In this document: positions 39,330 through 49,705 of the stretch, in pieces
Layout of the letters: every line of letters begins with the position of its first letter
How positions within the stretch are numbered: position 1 is the stretch's first letter
Assembly: GCA_964640545.1 (NCBI GenBank)
Contig: CAZXHL010000006.1
Coordinates: 1 to 54,922 of the forward strand
Length of the DNA: 54,922 nt
Direction: 5' to 3'
Origin: an uncultured Bacteriovorax sp.
GTDB lineage: Bacteria > Bdellovibrionota > UBA2428
The notes under the pieces: model-generated
The model's database searches: none
Told to the model about the DNA's origin: nothing
The model's input: the letters and a program-made list of their open reading frames with translations, nothing else
Program-made: the position numbers and the translations under genes

Positions 39330-40111
39330 TACCGAATGCTATTCAGCGAGTTCATCATCTGATCCGCTGTTGAAATCACTTTCGAGTTCAATTCATACAC
39401 ACGTTGAGCCCGGATCATATCTGTCATTTCGGTCACAGGCTTCACGTTCGAAGCCTCTAAATATCCTTGGTGAAGCCGTCCCAAACCACCATCAGTTGGA
39501 GTCCCAGGAATCGGCGCACCACTTGCAGGCGTTGCATTGTATAGATTGCCACCTTCAGCCTGAAGTCCGGCGTCGTTCGCAAAGGACGTCAACTGAATCT
39601 GACCAATTTCGGTGGCACCGCCTTGATCGTCTTTAACTTCAACACGGCCATCAAAAGAGATATTGATGTCTTTTGTATTTTGCGGAATCTGAATCTCAGG
39701 AACAACCGCATATCCGTTGGCATTCTGAAGTTGCCCTTCAGGCCCCACCCTCAAACTACCATCGCGCGTATAGGCGATGTCGCCATTTGGTTTTTGGATT
39801 GCAAGAAAGCCAAGACCTTCAATCGCAACGTCTAGTTTTCTATTCGTTGGACGAAGCGTCCCACCCTCGTGATCTCGAGATGCGCCCACAACTTTCACAC
39901 CCGCGCCGATCTGGACTCCAGTGGGATTCACAGTCGTAGCAGAAGTCGCAGCCCCCGGAGCTTTGATGTTTTGATAGAGAAGATCTTGAAAGTCAGTCCG
40001 TGATTTTTTGAATCCGGTCGTGTCTGCGTTGGCCAAGTTGTTGGAAATCGTTTCAATTTGCTTTGATTGAGCATCCATTCCTGTCGCAGCGGTATTGAGT
40101 GTGTTCAACAT
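39329..40111 (-). CDS. flgG: Flagellar basal-body rod protein FlgG
   Basis: AATGM.AQ, NNLANADTTGFK, FQDLLYQ, YTRDG, LEASNV, AQRVYELNSK. Confidence 0.95.
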   Translation of the reverse strand: MLNTLNTAATGMDAQSKQIETISNNLANADTTGFKKSRTDFQDLLYQNIKAPGAATSATTVNPTGVQIGAGVKVVGASRDHEGGTLRPTNRKLDVAIEGLGFLAIQKPNGDIAYTRDGSLRVGPEGQLQNANGYAVVPEIQIPQNTKDINISFDGRVEVKDDQGGATEIGQIQLTSFANDAGLQAEGGNLYNATPASGAPIPGTPTDGGLGRLHQGYLEASNVKPVTEMTDMIRAQRVYELNSKVISTADQMMNSLNSIR

Positions 40112-40131
40112 ATCTCTATTCCTTTACTTTC

Positions 40132-41031
40132 TTAAAACTTTCCAACTTCTGAGAGTCGTCCGGTCATTTCGCCAACACTTTGCATGATTTTTAAGTTCTG
40201 CTCATAAAGACGGTGCGCCTCGATGAGTTTGGTCATTTGCCCAACAGGATTCACGTTTGATGCCTCAAGCATTCCTTGATGAATCTCAGGCTTGACAGTT
40301 GTGGGCCCAAGGGGATTGTTTCTCACGAGGACCTCTTCCGGAATCACAGAAGCTGGACCACGGCCTTGGGCTTCGTTAGGGTATTTCAAGAAGGCATCTT
40401 CTCCGGCCTCCCACATCGTATTTCCCACTGGCTTCAAGGCATCTGGATTTTCGACTTGTACGAGGCTTAATTTGCCAACTCTTTCACTCGCACCATTGAT
40501 CGACCTATAGACGTCACCTTCTTGACTAATTTGAAGACGTCCTCGCCCAAGAGTGATCGCGCGTTTCGAAGGATCTTGCTGGGCTGCGTTGGCCTGAGAC
40601 TCGCCAAGGATCAAAAAACCGTCACGATTGACCAGTTGTCCTTTGTCGTTAAGTGACAAGTTCCCGGCACGTGTCAGACGAATGCCATTGGGACTCAAGA
40701 CTTCCAAGAAGCCATTTCCTTGAATTGCGATATCGAAAGGATTGCTCGTTTGGCGCATCGCGCCCTGCTTCAAGTTGGCATAGTCACGGCCGTGTAAGAC
40801 AGGTCGGTTTTCTGTCGCTGGCCTTGCTAAGATCTCGGATTTTCTGAGTGGACCCGGCGCAATATCACTCCGGTCATCCTGAGCCTTGGCATCCTCGAGC
40901 ATCTCCTCAAATATGAGATCACGGGATTTAAATCCGGCGGTATCGGCGTTGGCAACGTTGTTCGCAAGCGTTTCAATGCGACGACTTTGAGCCAATGCGC
41001 CTGACAAAGATGTGACGAGTCCTGATTCCAT
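40132..41031 (-). CDS. flgF: Flagellar basal-body rod protein FlgF
   Basis: ANNVANADTAGFK, LTRAG, QGMLEASNVN; first gene before flgG. Confidence 0.88.
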   Translation of the reverse strand: MESGLVTSLSGALAQSRRIETLANNVANADTAGFKSRDLIFEEMLEDAKAQDDRSDIAPGPLRKSEILARPATENRPVLHGRDYANLKQGAMRQTSNPFDIAIQGNGFLEVLSPNGIRLTRAGNLSLNDKGQLVNRDGFLILGESQANAAQQDPSKRAITLGRGRLQISQEGDVYRSINGASERVGKLSLVQVENPDALKPVGNTMWEAGEDAFLKYPNEAQGRGPASVIPEEVLVRNNPLGPTTVKPEIHQGMLEASNVNPVGQMTKLIEAHRLYEQNLKIMQSVGEMTGRLSEVGKF

Positions 41032-41052
41032 ATGTTCTCCAACAAGGTATGG

Positions 41053-41069
41053 AGCAACGGGTGTGCCAA
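41053..41069 (-). promoter_or_regulatory. Sigma54 (-24/-12) promoter of the flgF operon
   Basis: Minus strand TTGGCAC-ACCCG-TTGCT, 21 nt upstream of the flgF ATG, with a GGAG SD. Confidence 0.85.
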
Positions 41070-41129
41070 CATGAAAGCGTCAGGAAGTTGAACTTTGACA
41101 GGCCCACATATGCCGTGATTAAAAGCGAC

Positions 41130-42002
41130 ATGGCACAATTGCTTGACGGTAAAAAATCAGCACAAAATCTTCTCGACGAACTCAAAGCCACGATCTCCAC
41201 AACGCTCGCCGCGGATCCTTCGAAAGAAGCCCCATGCCTCGCCATTCTCCAAGTTGGAGCCAATCCCGCATCAGCCGCTTACATTCGTAGAAAAATCAAA
41301 ATCGCTGACGAAATTGGAGCTTCAACCAAACACATCTCTCTTAGTTCCGACACAAGCGAGGAAGAAATTCGCAGGCAAGTGAAGAGGCTTGCTGAAGACT
41401 CTGCCGTCGACGCTTTGATTGTCCAACTCCCACTTGACCAGAAACAAGTTTCATCTTCAAAGTGGGTGCATGAAACATTAGAGATGATTCCTCCCGTTAA
41501 AGATGCTGATGGGCTTCATACTCAAAACCTCGGACACCTCGCTGCGGGATCTTCCACTCCCTCCCACTGGACGGCTCCGCTTCCTGCCACCGCCTATGGG
41601 ATTATGGATCTTTTGAATTTTTACAAAGTGCCATTGCTTGGAAAACGAATTTTGATTCTTGGCAAATCACGACTTGTGGGAATGCCAACCGCACAACTCT
41701 TGATGCACGCAGGAGGAACAGTCTCCGTTGCTCACTCAAAAAGTGGTGACTGGTCGGACCTGAGCCGCAATGCCGATGTGATCGTCGCCGCCGCAGGAGT
41801 GAAACATCTGCTAAAACCCGAGCAGATCAAAGAAGGCGTCGTACTTGTTGATGTGGGCATCCACCGTGACGAAGACGGATTAACGGGCGACATCGATCAC
41901 GGTTGCTACGAGAAAGCTGGAAGCTATTCTCCAGTTCCTGGCGGAGTCGGACAGATGACGGTTGCTTGTTTGATGGCTAATTTGGTCAACTTATGGAAAT
42001 AA
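41130..42002 (+). CDS. folD: Bifunctional methylenetetrahydrofolate dehydrogenase/cyclohydrolase
   Basis: LLDGK, YIRRK, VQLPL, KDADG, GKSRLVGMP, VDVGI, PVPGGVG; start placed at MAQLLDGK. Confidence 0.95.
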   Translation: MAQLLDGKKSAQNLLDELKATISTTLAADPSKEAPCLAILQVGANPASAAYIRRKIKIADEIGASTKHISLSSDTSEEEIRRQVKRLAEDSAVDALIVQLPLDQKQVSSSKWVHETLEMIPPVKDADGLHTQNLGHLAAGSSTPSHWTAPLPATAYGIMDLLNFYKVPLLGKRILILGKSRLVGMPTAQLLMHAGGTVSVAHSKSGDWSDLSRNADVIVAAAGVKHLLKPEQIKEGVVLVDVGIHRDEDGLTGDIDHGCYEKAGSYSPVPGGVGQMTVACLMANLVNLWK

Positions 42003-42093
42003 TTTAAACATTTTTTTTTAGAACATCATCGCCGTTGTCAAAAAATATCAACGACTTGTCTCGCTAAGTGGCAGTTTTGCAACACGCCAATAT

Positions 42094-42121
42094 TAACATA
42101 ATTTATCCCACGTACCGAATA
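42094..42121 (+). promoter_or_regulatory. Possible sigma28-type promoter
   Basis: TAAC-N16-ACCGAATA, 7 nt upstream of ATG 42129. Confidence 0.4.
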
Positions 42122-42128
42122 TATAGAT

Positions 42129-42770
42129 ATGTTTGAGGTCCAAATGATTGATTCCCATCAAGGCGTTAACGTCAACGGGATCAACTCGGCCTCAGAATCG
42201 ATCAACCCACTAGTTAAAATTTTCGTAACCGCCGTTGCGGCCCTGATACTTTTTACTTCTTCTGGCGCATTCGCAAGTTCTGCAGCATCAATAGGCTACA
42301 ATTTTCATGCAGGCCCTGTTGATAACAGCATCACAAACGCGAGTAGCTATTCTGGAGTCATCAGTTCAGAAGGCGGAGAAAAAGCCTTTCGAATCACTTA
42401 TGGCATTGGCGGCCAGTACAGCAGTGCTTTGTTTTACTTGAATTCAGAAGAATATTCCGCAACGATTTTTGGTGGAGAGATGAGACTCGGACTTTCTTTC
42501 CATGCTCTTGCTGACAACTTCTTTTCTCCCATCTTCGCTGTGAATGGAGTTTTTGGAGCTAACGTTTACAAACTAGCTGATCCACCAACTGGCGCCTCAG
42601 CTAGTGAGATGAGTTTTCAATATGGCTACGAGGGCGAGTCAGGAATGAGTCTGAAGTTTGGCCGCAAGAGGCTGAGACTGACAGGTGCCTACCGCTGGAT
42701 CAAAAGCAGCTATAGATCTACAACAATCACACTCAATGCGATGTCGTTTCGCTTAGGTATGGAGTTCTAA
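42129..42770 (+). CDS. Outer-membrane beta-barrel protein, 8-strand-like
   Basis: Signal peptide AFA-S, alternating aromatic/Gly strands, C-terminal F. Confidence 0.7.
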   Translation: MFEVQMIDSHQGVNVNGINSASESINPLVKIFVTAVAALILFTSSGAFASSAASIGYNFHAGPVDNSITNASSYSGVISSEGGEKAFRITYGIGGQYSSALFYLNSEEYSATIFGGEMRLGLSFHALADNFFSPIFAVNGVFGANVYKLADPPTGASASEMSFQYGYEGESGMSLKFGRKRLRLTGAYRWIKSSYRSTTITLNAMSFRLGMEF

Positions 42771-42771
42771 G

Positions 42772-43689
42772 GTGAAAAAGAACTTCTCGCATGCGATAAT
42801 GCTTCTGGCTGCAGCTATGGTGCTAAGTCAGTGCGGCCAGCAAATGCGCTCGACGGGTGCCGACGATGGAGGGTATTCCGAATCAAATCCCGTTGCAAGT
42901 TCTGGAGATATTGTGGTCTCAAACGGAGCTAGCGACTCCATCCTCCTTCTCGATCCTGATGGCTTCTATAAAGCGCTTCTCTTCAATGCTGACAACACCT
43001 CGGAGTCTCCTGGCGGTGTCACCTACAATACCGACACCAATGAAGTCGTTTTCGTCGTCGACGGAGCAGACCGCTTAGCTGCTGTATCACTCACCGATCT
43101 GACCTACAGAAATGTTGTAACAAGCACGCTACTATCCGGAGTTCTGCGCGGCATAACTCAACTCATTAATGGCGACTACCTCATCATCGAGTCCAACGTC
43201 ATCGAACGCTACACTGCAGATGGATTTCCCGCGGGAAGCCCTTGGCCCAGATCTGGACTCCAAACGAACCCTAACGGAATTTCTGCGAGAGCGGCCGGAG
43301 GATTTGTCATGTGTTCCTACGGAACTGATGTCGTACGAACTTATGACGATTCAGGAACTCAAATTGCTACGGCTTCATCTGGCATTGCTGGAACCACCGA
43401 TGCTTACGCCTGCACCGAATTGAGCAATGGCAACATTGCCGTCGCCTGGAGTGGCACGACAGATACTATACAGATACGATCTCCGGACTTGAGCACGGTC
43501 ATTGCCAGCTACTCAAACACTTCAATATTAGGGGACCCCGAAGGTATAGCCGAGGACAACGATGGCAACTTGCTCATCACCGACGGAACTTTCCATCATA
43601 TTGTCGTCATCGATAGCTCCGCAAATTTTGTTACCATCAAAGCCAATTCGGTCCTTAACCTCCCGCGCTGGTTATTTGTAGTTCCTTAG
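42772..43689 (+). CDS. Beta-propeller (NHL/SMP-30-like) lipoprotein
   Basis: Lipobox LSQC; repeated P.GI..D..G.L.V.D blades. Confidence 0.7.
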   Translation: MKKNFSHAIMLLAAAMVLSQCGQQMRSTGADDGGYSESNPVASSGDIVVSNGASDSILLLDPDGFYKALLFNADNTSESPGGVTYNTDTNEVVFVVDGADRLAAVSLTDLTYRNVVTSTLLSGVLRGITQLINGDYLIIESNVIERYTADGFPAGSPWPRSGLQTNPNGISARAAGGFVMCSYGTDVVRTYDDSGTQIATASSGIAGTTDAYACTELSNGNIAVAWSGTTDTIQIRSPDLSTVIASYSNTSILGDPEGIAEDNDGNLLITDGTFHHIVVIDSSANFVTIKANSVLNLPRWLFVVP

Positions 43690-43720
43690 AAAAAATTGAA
43701 CGTGAAAAGTGAAAAGTTGT

Positions 43721-45133
43721 ATGGCGATCCCAGAAGATAAAAAACTAGAGCTCATTAAGTTTGAAATTGAAAAAATTCCTTTGAACGCCGATGGAACCGC
43801 CTTGGTGGACTTCTACGTTCACCTTCCACGCAATGATCGCTACATTCGCTTTGTCTTAGCAGGCGACAGCTTCGGCGAAAACCAAACTAGAATGCTTCAA
43901 AAACACAAAGAACCCATCATCTTCTGCAAGTATGAAGAATTTGTAGCTGAGCACTCAGGTTTTGCGATACCTCCCTCGGAGCACAACAAAGAAGTTCTCG
44001 AGATTTTTCAAGGGAGCGGGCAGATCAGCGAAAATTTACCCCATTTAATCTTTGAGGCAAACCCTACCCCTACTTCAGATCAAGAAGCAGGTAGCACCAA
44101 CAACCAACCCCCGCATCTCAAGATCATTCGAGGGGATGATGCCGATCTACATACTCATAAAAACCAAAAAATGGTTTTCAAAGGAAGCAATGATCTAGCT
44201 TCACGAGAAAAAGGGAAATTCTTAACTGACGAGACTTCATCTAGGCAATCCCACGGCCCTAGCGAAGACGAGCCCTCCAGTCGGCACACTAGACTTTATC
44301 AAGAAGAAGACTATTCGGGAAGCAAGCAAAGTTTGTCGACGGCAAACACAAACGACGGCGAGAGCATGGAAAACATGATCGCTCAATTTGGACAAGAAAA
44401 GTCTTCGTATCTAAAGAAAACCATCACAAACGAGCTCAAGTCTGCCTACAAACAACTCCATTCTGAAAGCCCGGCAACGATCAATCTAGAGGAAAGCCCT
44501 ATTCAAGATATCGCCTCTAATCTACTTGAAGTCATCGCACCTGAAGTAGAGAAGCTCCGAGATCACCTGAAAAAGATTCCCGATTATGTGGGGGTGATGA
44601 ACGATTCTGCCGCCCTAACTGCGATCACAACACTGGTCTGTCTTGCCAGAGGACAAACCTCGAGAAGCATTTTTAAAGAAATGTCTTATGCCGTTCTACT
44701 CATGGATATGTCCATGACTAGTCTTGACGATGAAGCTTACAAAAACTACTTTATCAATCCAGACGCTCTATCCGAGAAGCAAAAAAAGATTGTGTTCACC
44801 CACCCTAGAGCCTCCTACGAGTTAGTTCAGAAAAAGTTTAAGAACCTACCCGATATTGTGAGTCAACTCATTCTCGGCCACCACGAGCTTTTCAACGGCA
44901 AGGGCTACCCTCGCAAAGTGCGCTCCGAGTTGCTCGCCCCACTTGTTCGAATATTAGCTTTTGCTGTGGATATTTTTGAGCTGATGAAGCGCAATCATTA
45001 CCTCGGCAAAAAGCTTAGCATCGTTGACGCTGTGGACAGTTTGCTCAATGCTGACGTCCCCCCTCACCTCAGGCGCCACAATGTTGTGTTGATGCGAGAG
45101 GTGTATCAATATCTTACGGTAGACCCTGAGTAA
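43721..45133 (+). CDS. Degenerate HD-GYP domain protein
   Basis: HP..SY, HHELFNGKGYP, RILAFAVDIF; the HD dyad reads MD (LLMDMS). Confidence 0.8.
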   Translation: MAIPEDKKLELIKFEIEKIPLNADGTALVDFYVHLPRNDRYIRFVLAGDSFGENQTRMLQKHKEPIIFCKYEEFVAEHSGFAIPPSEHNKEVLEIFQGSGQISENLPHLIFEANPTPTSDQEAGSTNNQPPHLKIIRGDDADLHTHKNQKMVFKGSNDLASREKGKFLTDETSSRQSHGPSEDEPSSRHTRLYQEEDYSGSKQSLSTANTNDGESMENMIAQFGQEKSSYLKKTITNELKSAYKQLHSESPATINLEESPIQDIASNLLEVIAPEVEKLRDHLKKIPDYVGVMNDSAALTAITTLVCLARGQTSRSIFKEMSYAVLLMDMSMTSLDDEAYKNYFINPDALSEKQKKIVFTHPRASYELVQKKFKNLPDIVSQLILGHHELFNGKGYPRKVRSELLAPLVRILAFAVDIFELMKRNHYLGKKLSIVDAVDSLLNADVPPHLRRHNVVLMREVYQYLTVDPE

Positions 45134-45220
45134 TAGCCCCCAGAAACTGGGCCCTTAACCCACCGCACAAGAGCCTAATCCTCGCTCGACAAGATCAGCT
45201 CCACATGCTGGATTCAGCCC

Positions 45221-46312
45221 ATGTTAAAGACGACTCCTCTTCATCAGTGGCACCTCGATAACAAAGCAAAAATGCTCGGTTTTTCTGGTTACGACATGCC
45301 CATTCAATACGCGGGAGTCATGCAAGAACATGCCACCGTTCGTGAAGATGTCGGCCTTTTTGATGTAGCCCACATGGGACTACTTCTTGTCGATGGTGAA
45401 AAAAGTATCGAAGTTCTCAACCAACTCATCACCAAAGATTTGAACAAGCTCGATGATGGTCGCGCGGTTTACACCATGTTTTGCAATGAAAACGGTGGAA
45501 TCCTCGACGACCTCATTGCCTACCGAGCCAGCTCTTCAAAAGTCTACTTGGTTTTAAATGCCGGCAACAAAGACGCCGATCTTGCCCACATTTTATCTTT
45601 CGACAATCAGCACCAGATGAGACTCACGAGTCTTTTTGATGACGTGAGCATACTCGCCCTGCAAGGACCGAGGTCTTTTGCGCTCCTGAATGAATTGGGT
45701 GTGATTGATTTGAAGGCAAATCCCGAAGGCCCTCGCCCCTTTGATTTCATCTCATCCGAAATAAGAGGCATCTCCGTTCAAGTCGCCTTCACGGGCTACA
45801 CAGGTGAAAAGGGCTGTGAGATTTTCGTCTCTAATGATCAAGCCGAAGCCTTATGGACTTTGCTTTTGGAGGCTGGCCAGCCTCACAATATCAAACCCTG
45901 TGGACTGGCGGCCCGTGATACCTTGAGACTAGAAATGGGCTATTCCCTTCATGGCCAGGACATTAGCCCCGAGATCTCACCTATTGAGGCGGGACTAAAA
46001 TGGGCCGTCGACTTTGGCAAAGAAGCGTTTCTCGGAAAGCAAGCACTCGAGGCTCATGTTAAGCAGCCTCCTCGCAAATGGATAGGCCTCAAAAACGACT
46101 CCAAGCAGGCGCCCAGAACTGGGATGAAGATTTTCGATGCCCGAGACCAGGAGGTTGGCGCCATCACGTCCGGAACCTATGCACCGAGCCTTGGCCACGC
46201 CATCGGAATGGGACTCGTCAATACTGACGCAGTCGCCCCCTTCTGCGTCGAAATTAGAAAGAACAAAATTCCATTTGAAAGCACGAAAAGACCTTTCTAC
46301 AAAGGTCAGTAA
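45221..46312 (+). CDS. gcvT: Glycine cleavage system aminomethyltransferase T
   Basis: TPLH, MPIQY, LFDVAHMG, TGYTGEKG.E, GLAARDTLRLEMG. Confidence 0.96.
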   Translation: MLKTTPLHQWHLDNKAKMLGFSGYDMPIQYAGVMQEHATVREDVGLFDVAHMGLLLVDGEKSIEVLNQLITKDLNKLDDGRAVYTMFCNENGGILDDLIAYRASSSKVYLVLNAGNKDADLAHILSFDNQHQMRLTSLFDDVSILALQGPRSFALLNELGVIDLKANPEGPRPFDFISSEIRGISVQVAFTGYTGEKGCEIFVSNDQAEALWTLLLEAGQPHNIKPCGLAARDTLRLEMGYSLHGQDISPEISPIEAGLKWAVDFGKEAFLGKQALEAHVKQPPRKWIGLKNDSKQAPRTGMKIFDARDQEVGAITSGTYAPSLGHAIGMGLVNTDAVAPFCVEIRKNKIPFESTKRPFYKGQ

Positions 46313-46367
46313 GTTAGAGCCAAAATATTAGGCCACATATAAGGTCCCATAAGCCGGAGGAAACAAA

Positions 46368-46754
46368 ATGTCTGAAATTCGCCCTGAACTTTTCTACACC
46401 AAAGAACACGAATGGATTAAAAAAACTAACAATCCAAAAGTATTTCAAATGGGAATCACTGACTTTGCGCAATCCGCTCTTGGCGATGTGACTTATCTAG
46501 AACTTCCTGAATTGGATTCCACAATTTCTCAAAATGATGTTGTCGGAAGTATTGAGTCCGTAAAATCAGTTTCAGAACTCTTTGCACCTCTAAGCGGAAA
46601 AGTCACAGCAAGGAATGAGTCGCTTTTGGATGACCCTTCTCCCCTGAACTCTTCCCCCTATGATGATGCTTGGCTACTCGAGATCGAAATCACGAATGAA
46701 AGTGAACTCAGTCAACTGCTAGGCCCCGAAGCTTACGCCTCTGTAGCTCAATAG
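46368..46754 (+). CDS. gcvH: Glycine cleavage system H protein
   Basis: TKEHEW, GITDFAQ.ALGD, lipoyl ESVK. Confidence 0.96.
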   Translation: MSEIRPELFYTKEHEWIKKTNNPKVFQMGITDFAQSALGDVTYLELPELDSTISQNDVVGSIESVKSVSELFAPLSGKVTARNESLLDDPSPLNSSPYDDAWLLEIEITNESELSQLLGPEAYASVAQ

Positions 46755-46799
46755 GTTTGGCTCAATAGTGTTAGCTCAATAGTTTTGACTTAATAATTT
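46744..46799. repeat. 14-bp tandem repeat, four copies, overlapping the gcvH stop
   Basis: TAGCTCAATAGGTT / TGGCTCAATAGTGT / TAGCTCAATAGTTT / TGACTTAATAATTT. Confidence 0.75.
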
Positions 46800-46850
46800 T
46801 TGTCGAGCCGCCTAGTCGAGCCGACTGATAAAGAATGCGAAATAGAAAAT

Positions 46851-48227
46851 ATGAGATACTTACCGCTTACCGAAGATGAAAAAACAAGAATCCTTGAGAA
46901 GTGTGGCGTCGGCAGCTTTGAAGAACTAACGCCCAACATTCCCGAAGAATTGAGAGTTAAGGGGCTTCTCAATTTGCCTTCACGCATGAGTGAAGCAGAA
47001 TTACTCGAAACTTTAGAGAAACTATCCTCCATCAACAAAGGTGCATGGATGCAGAATCACCTCGGACAAGGTGTTTACGACCATACCTGCCCAACCTGGA
47101 TTGACCAGATTCTTGGTCGCGGGGAGTTTCTTACCTCCTACACTCCCTACCAACCGGAGGTAACACAGGGAACCCTTCAAGGAATTTTTGAATTTCAATC
47201 CATGATCGCCGAGCTCTTCGGGATGGAAGTATCCAACGCGTCTTTATACGATGGGGCAACTGCTGTCCTCGAAGCTGTGTTGATGGCCGTGCGGACACGT
47301 AAGAACAACAAGCCGATTGTTTATATTTCAGAAGGAACTTACGACAACACTCGCAAGATTCTTGAAAGCTGTCTTCCCGACATGGGCATCGAAGTCAGAA
47401 CCTGGTGGGCCGATCCGAAATCTCTAGAATCCACACCTGAAACTTTTGAAAATGATTGTGGCGGCGCCCCTGCCGCGATTGTTCTTCAGTCTCCTAACCG
47501 CTGGGGTGTTGTTGAAGATTGGGCAGGACTCGACAGCGTTGCAAAGAAAGAAAATGCTAGAAGCGTCGCTTATGTGAGTCATGCGCTTTCTCTGGGAATC
47601 TTCTCCCCGCCGGGAGAGCACGATATCGATATCGCCGTCGGCGAAGGGCAAGCCCTAGGAATTCCCCCAGGCTTTGGCGGACCACATCTCGGCCTTTTCT
47701 GCTGTAAGAAGGCTGACATCAGACAAATGCCTGGCAGACTTGTCGGTCATACCGAGGACGCTCGCGGCCAACAAGCTTTTTGCGTGACACTTTCAACTCG
47801 CGAGCAACACATCCGTAGAGAAAAGGCGACCAGCAACATTTGCTCGAACCAAAATCTCATGGCTCTAAAAGCTGCGATGTATATGACAGCTATGGGGCCT
47901 GAGGGCCTAAGCAAACTTGGCAAAGGCTTGCGTTCCCGAATCTTTTATCTTCGCACTGCCATCGAAAATAAATTTAAAGAAAAGAACATCCCGCATCAAG
48001 TCGTGCAAGGTGAACTTTTCAACGAGCTTACGATCATGGTCGGCCCCAAACACAGCCTTTGGGTCGACGAAAAAATCACCCAGGCACAAGATCAAGGCAT
48101 CCTGATTGGACTCGATGTCAGTGTTCCCAGAAGCTCAGGGTGCGTGAGAGGTCTCAACATCGCCGTTACAGAACGTCATTACCAGTCAGATCTCGACAAG
48201 CTCGTCGAAATCTTGGGAGAATCATAA
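46851..48227 (+). CDS. gcvPA: Glycine dehydrogenase subunit 1
   Basis: MRYLP, YTPYQPE.QG.LQ, NASLYDG, REQHIRREKATSNIC. Confidence 0.95.
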   Translation: MRYLPLTEDEKTRILEKCGVGSFEELTPNIPEELRVKGLLNLPSRMSEAELLETLEKLSSINKGAWMQNHLGQGVYDHTCPTWIDQILGRGEFLTSYTPYQPEVTQGTLQGIFEFQSMIAELFGMEVSNASLYDGATAVLEAVLMAVRTRKNNKPIVYISEGTYDNTRKILESCLPDMGIEVRTWWADPKSLESTPETFENDCGGAPAAIVLQSPNRWGVVEDWAGLDSVAKKENARSVAYVSHALSLGIFSPPGEHDIDIAVGEGQALGIPPGFGGPHLGLFCCKKADIRQMPGRLVGHTEDARGQQAFCVTLSTREQHIRREKATSNICSNQNLMALKAAMYMTAMGPEGLSKLGKGLRSRIFYLRTAIENKFKEKNIPHQVVQGELFNELTIMVGPKHSLWVDEKITQAQDQGILIGLDVSVPRSSGCVRGLNIAVTERHYQSDLDKLVEILGES

Positions 48228-49702
48228 TGTCTAATTGGCCCTTAAAAACTAAACTATCTATAGATCTCAGCACGCCCGGACATCACGGCTACAGTTTTCC
48301 AAAAGCCGACGTCCCTCAAGCTCCTGCGCCCGGGAAGAACTGCCGATCCACAAAAATCAACCTCCCGGAATTGTCAGAACTTTCCTGCGTGAGACACTTC
48401 ACTCGGCTTTCACAGCAAAACTTTTCAATCGATGCCGGCATGTATCCTCTAGGATCATGCACCATGAAATACAACCCGAGGGTTAACGAAGTTACAGCAT
48501 CTCATAGAGGCTTCACCAGACTTCACCCTAGAACCCCTGCCAAGTATTCACAGGGCGCACTAAAGCTCATGTTCGAACTAGAGAACTTACTTTCTGAAAT
48601 TTCTGGGTTTTCTAGAATCAGCCTTCAACCCGCAGCCGGTGCACAAGGAGAATACCTCGGAATCAAGATGATGCGAGCTTGCCTCACAGACCGAGGCGAA
48701 ACCCGCAATAAAATTATCATTCCAGAGTCAGCACACGGAACCAACGGAGCCTCGGCCGCCATGTGTGGATACGACGTTCTCCCCCTTCGGAGCAATGAGT
48801 ACGGACTTGTCGACTTTGCCCAACTAGACGAACTCACTAAGTCAGGTGACGTTGCTGGTCTCATGATCACCAACCCAAATACACTTGGACTTTTCGAAAC
48901 AGAAATCCAAAAAATATGCAAACTCATCCACGATCGTGGCGGCCTTGTTTATCTTGATGGCGCCAATTTGAATGCCATGATGGGCATCACTAGACCGGGA
49001 GACGCAGGAGTCGACTGCATGCACTTTAATATGCACAAAACCTTTACCACACCTCACGGAGGCGGTGGTCCTGGCTGCGGCGGCTTAGGTGTTTCAAAGA
49101 CTTTGATCCCCTACCTTCCCACACCGACTGTTGAGAAAATTCCATCGGGAGATGATGAATACGTCTTAGTTGAGAACGAAGAGAAAAGCGTCGGAAAGAT
49201 TAAAGATTACTACGGTCATTTCTTAATGATGGTTCGCGCCTACACTTACATTCGAGAGCTCGGAGCCCGCGGCGTTAAGAAAGTTGGCGAAGACGCGGTC
49301 TTACTCGCCAACTTCATTCGCAAAGATCTAGAAGGACACTATGACATTCCTTTTCCTAAGACTTGCATGCATGAAGTCGTCCTAACGGATAAGTTCCAAG
49401 TTAAAAATGGAGTCAAAACCTTGGATATCGCGAAGCGCTTGATCGACGAAGGCTTTCACCCCCCGACGACTTACTTCCCTCTCATCGTGTCGGGCGCACT
49501 CATGATCGAACCTACAGAAACAGAATCTCTGAACATGGTTGAAGAGTTCTGCAACACAATGAAACTCATCGCAAAAGAAGCTTCGGAAGAAGATGCCTTT
49601 GAAAAACACTTCAAGGATCGTCCACGTCACATGGCCTATGCTCGTGTAAACGAAACACTTGCCGCAAGACAGCTAAAGTTGACTTGGAAGGACCTGAAAT
49701 AA
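48227..49702 (+). CDS. gcvPB: Glycine dehydrogenase subunit 2
   Basis: YPLGSCTMKYNP, AHGTN, PLP lysine in NMHKTF..PHGGGGPG, IEPTETES; TAATG overlap with gcvPA. Confidence 0.95.
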   Translation: MSNWPLKTKLSIDLSTPGHHGYSFPKADVPQAPAPGKNCRSTKINLPELSELSCVRHFTRLSQQNFSIDAGMYPLGSCTMKYNPRVNEVTASHRGFTRLHPRTPAKYSQGALKLMFELENLLSEISGFSRISLQPAAGAQGEYLGIKMMRACLTDRGETRNKIIIPESAHGTNGASAAMCGYDVLPLRSNEYGLVDFAQLDELTKSGDVAGLMITNPNTLGLFETEIQKICKLIHDRGGLVYLDGANLNAMMGITRPGDAGVDCMHFNMHKTFTTPHGGGGPGCGGLGVSKTLIPYLPTPTVEKIPSGDDEYVLVENEEKSVGKIKDYYGHFLMMVRAYTYIRELGARGVKKVGEDAVLLANFIRKDLEGHYDIPFPKTCMHEVVLTDKFQVKNGVKTLDIAKRLIDEGFHPPTTYFPLIVSGALMIEPTETESLNMVEEFCNTMKLIAKEASEEDAFEKHFKDRPRHMAYARVNETLAARQLKLTWKDLK

Positions 49703-49705
49703 AAC

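Noticed and set aside
45134-45220. Glycine riboswitch upstream of gcvT
   Set aside because: The gap is only 87 bp and lacks the GGAGA/CCGAAG/CTCTCAGG aptamer motifs.
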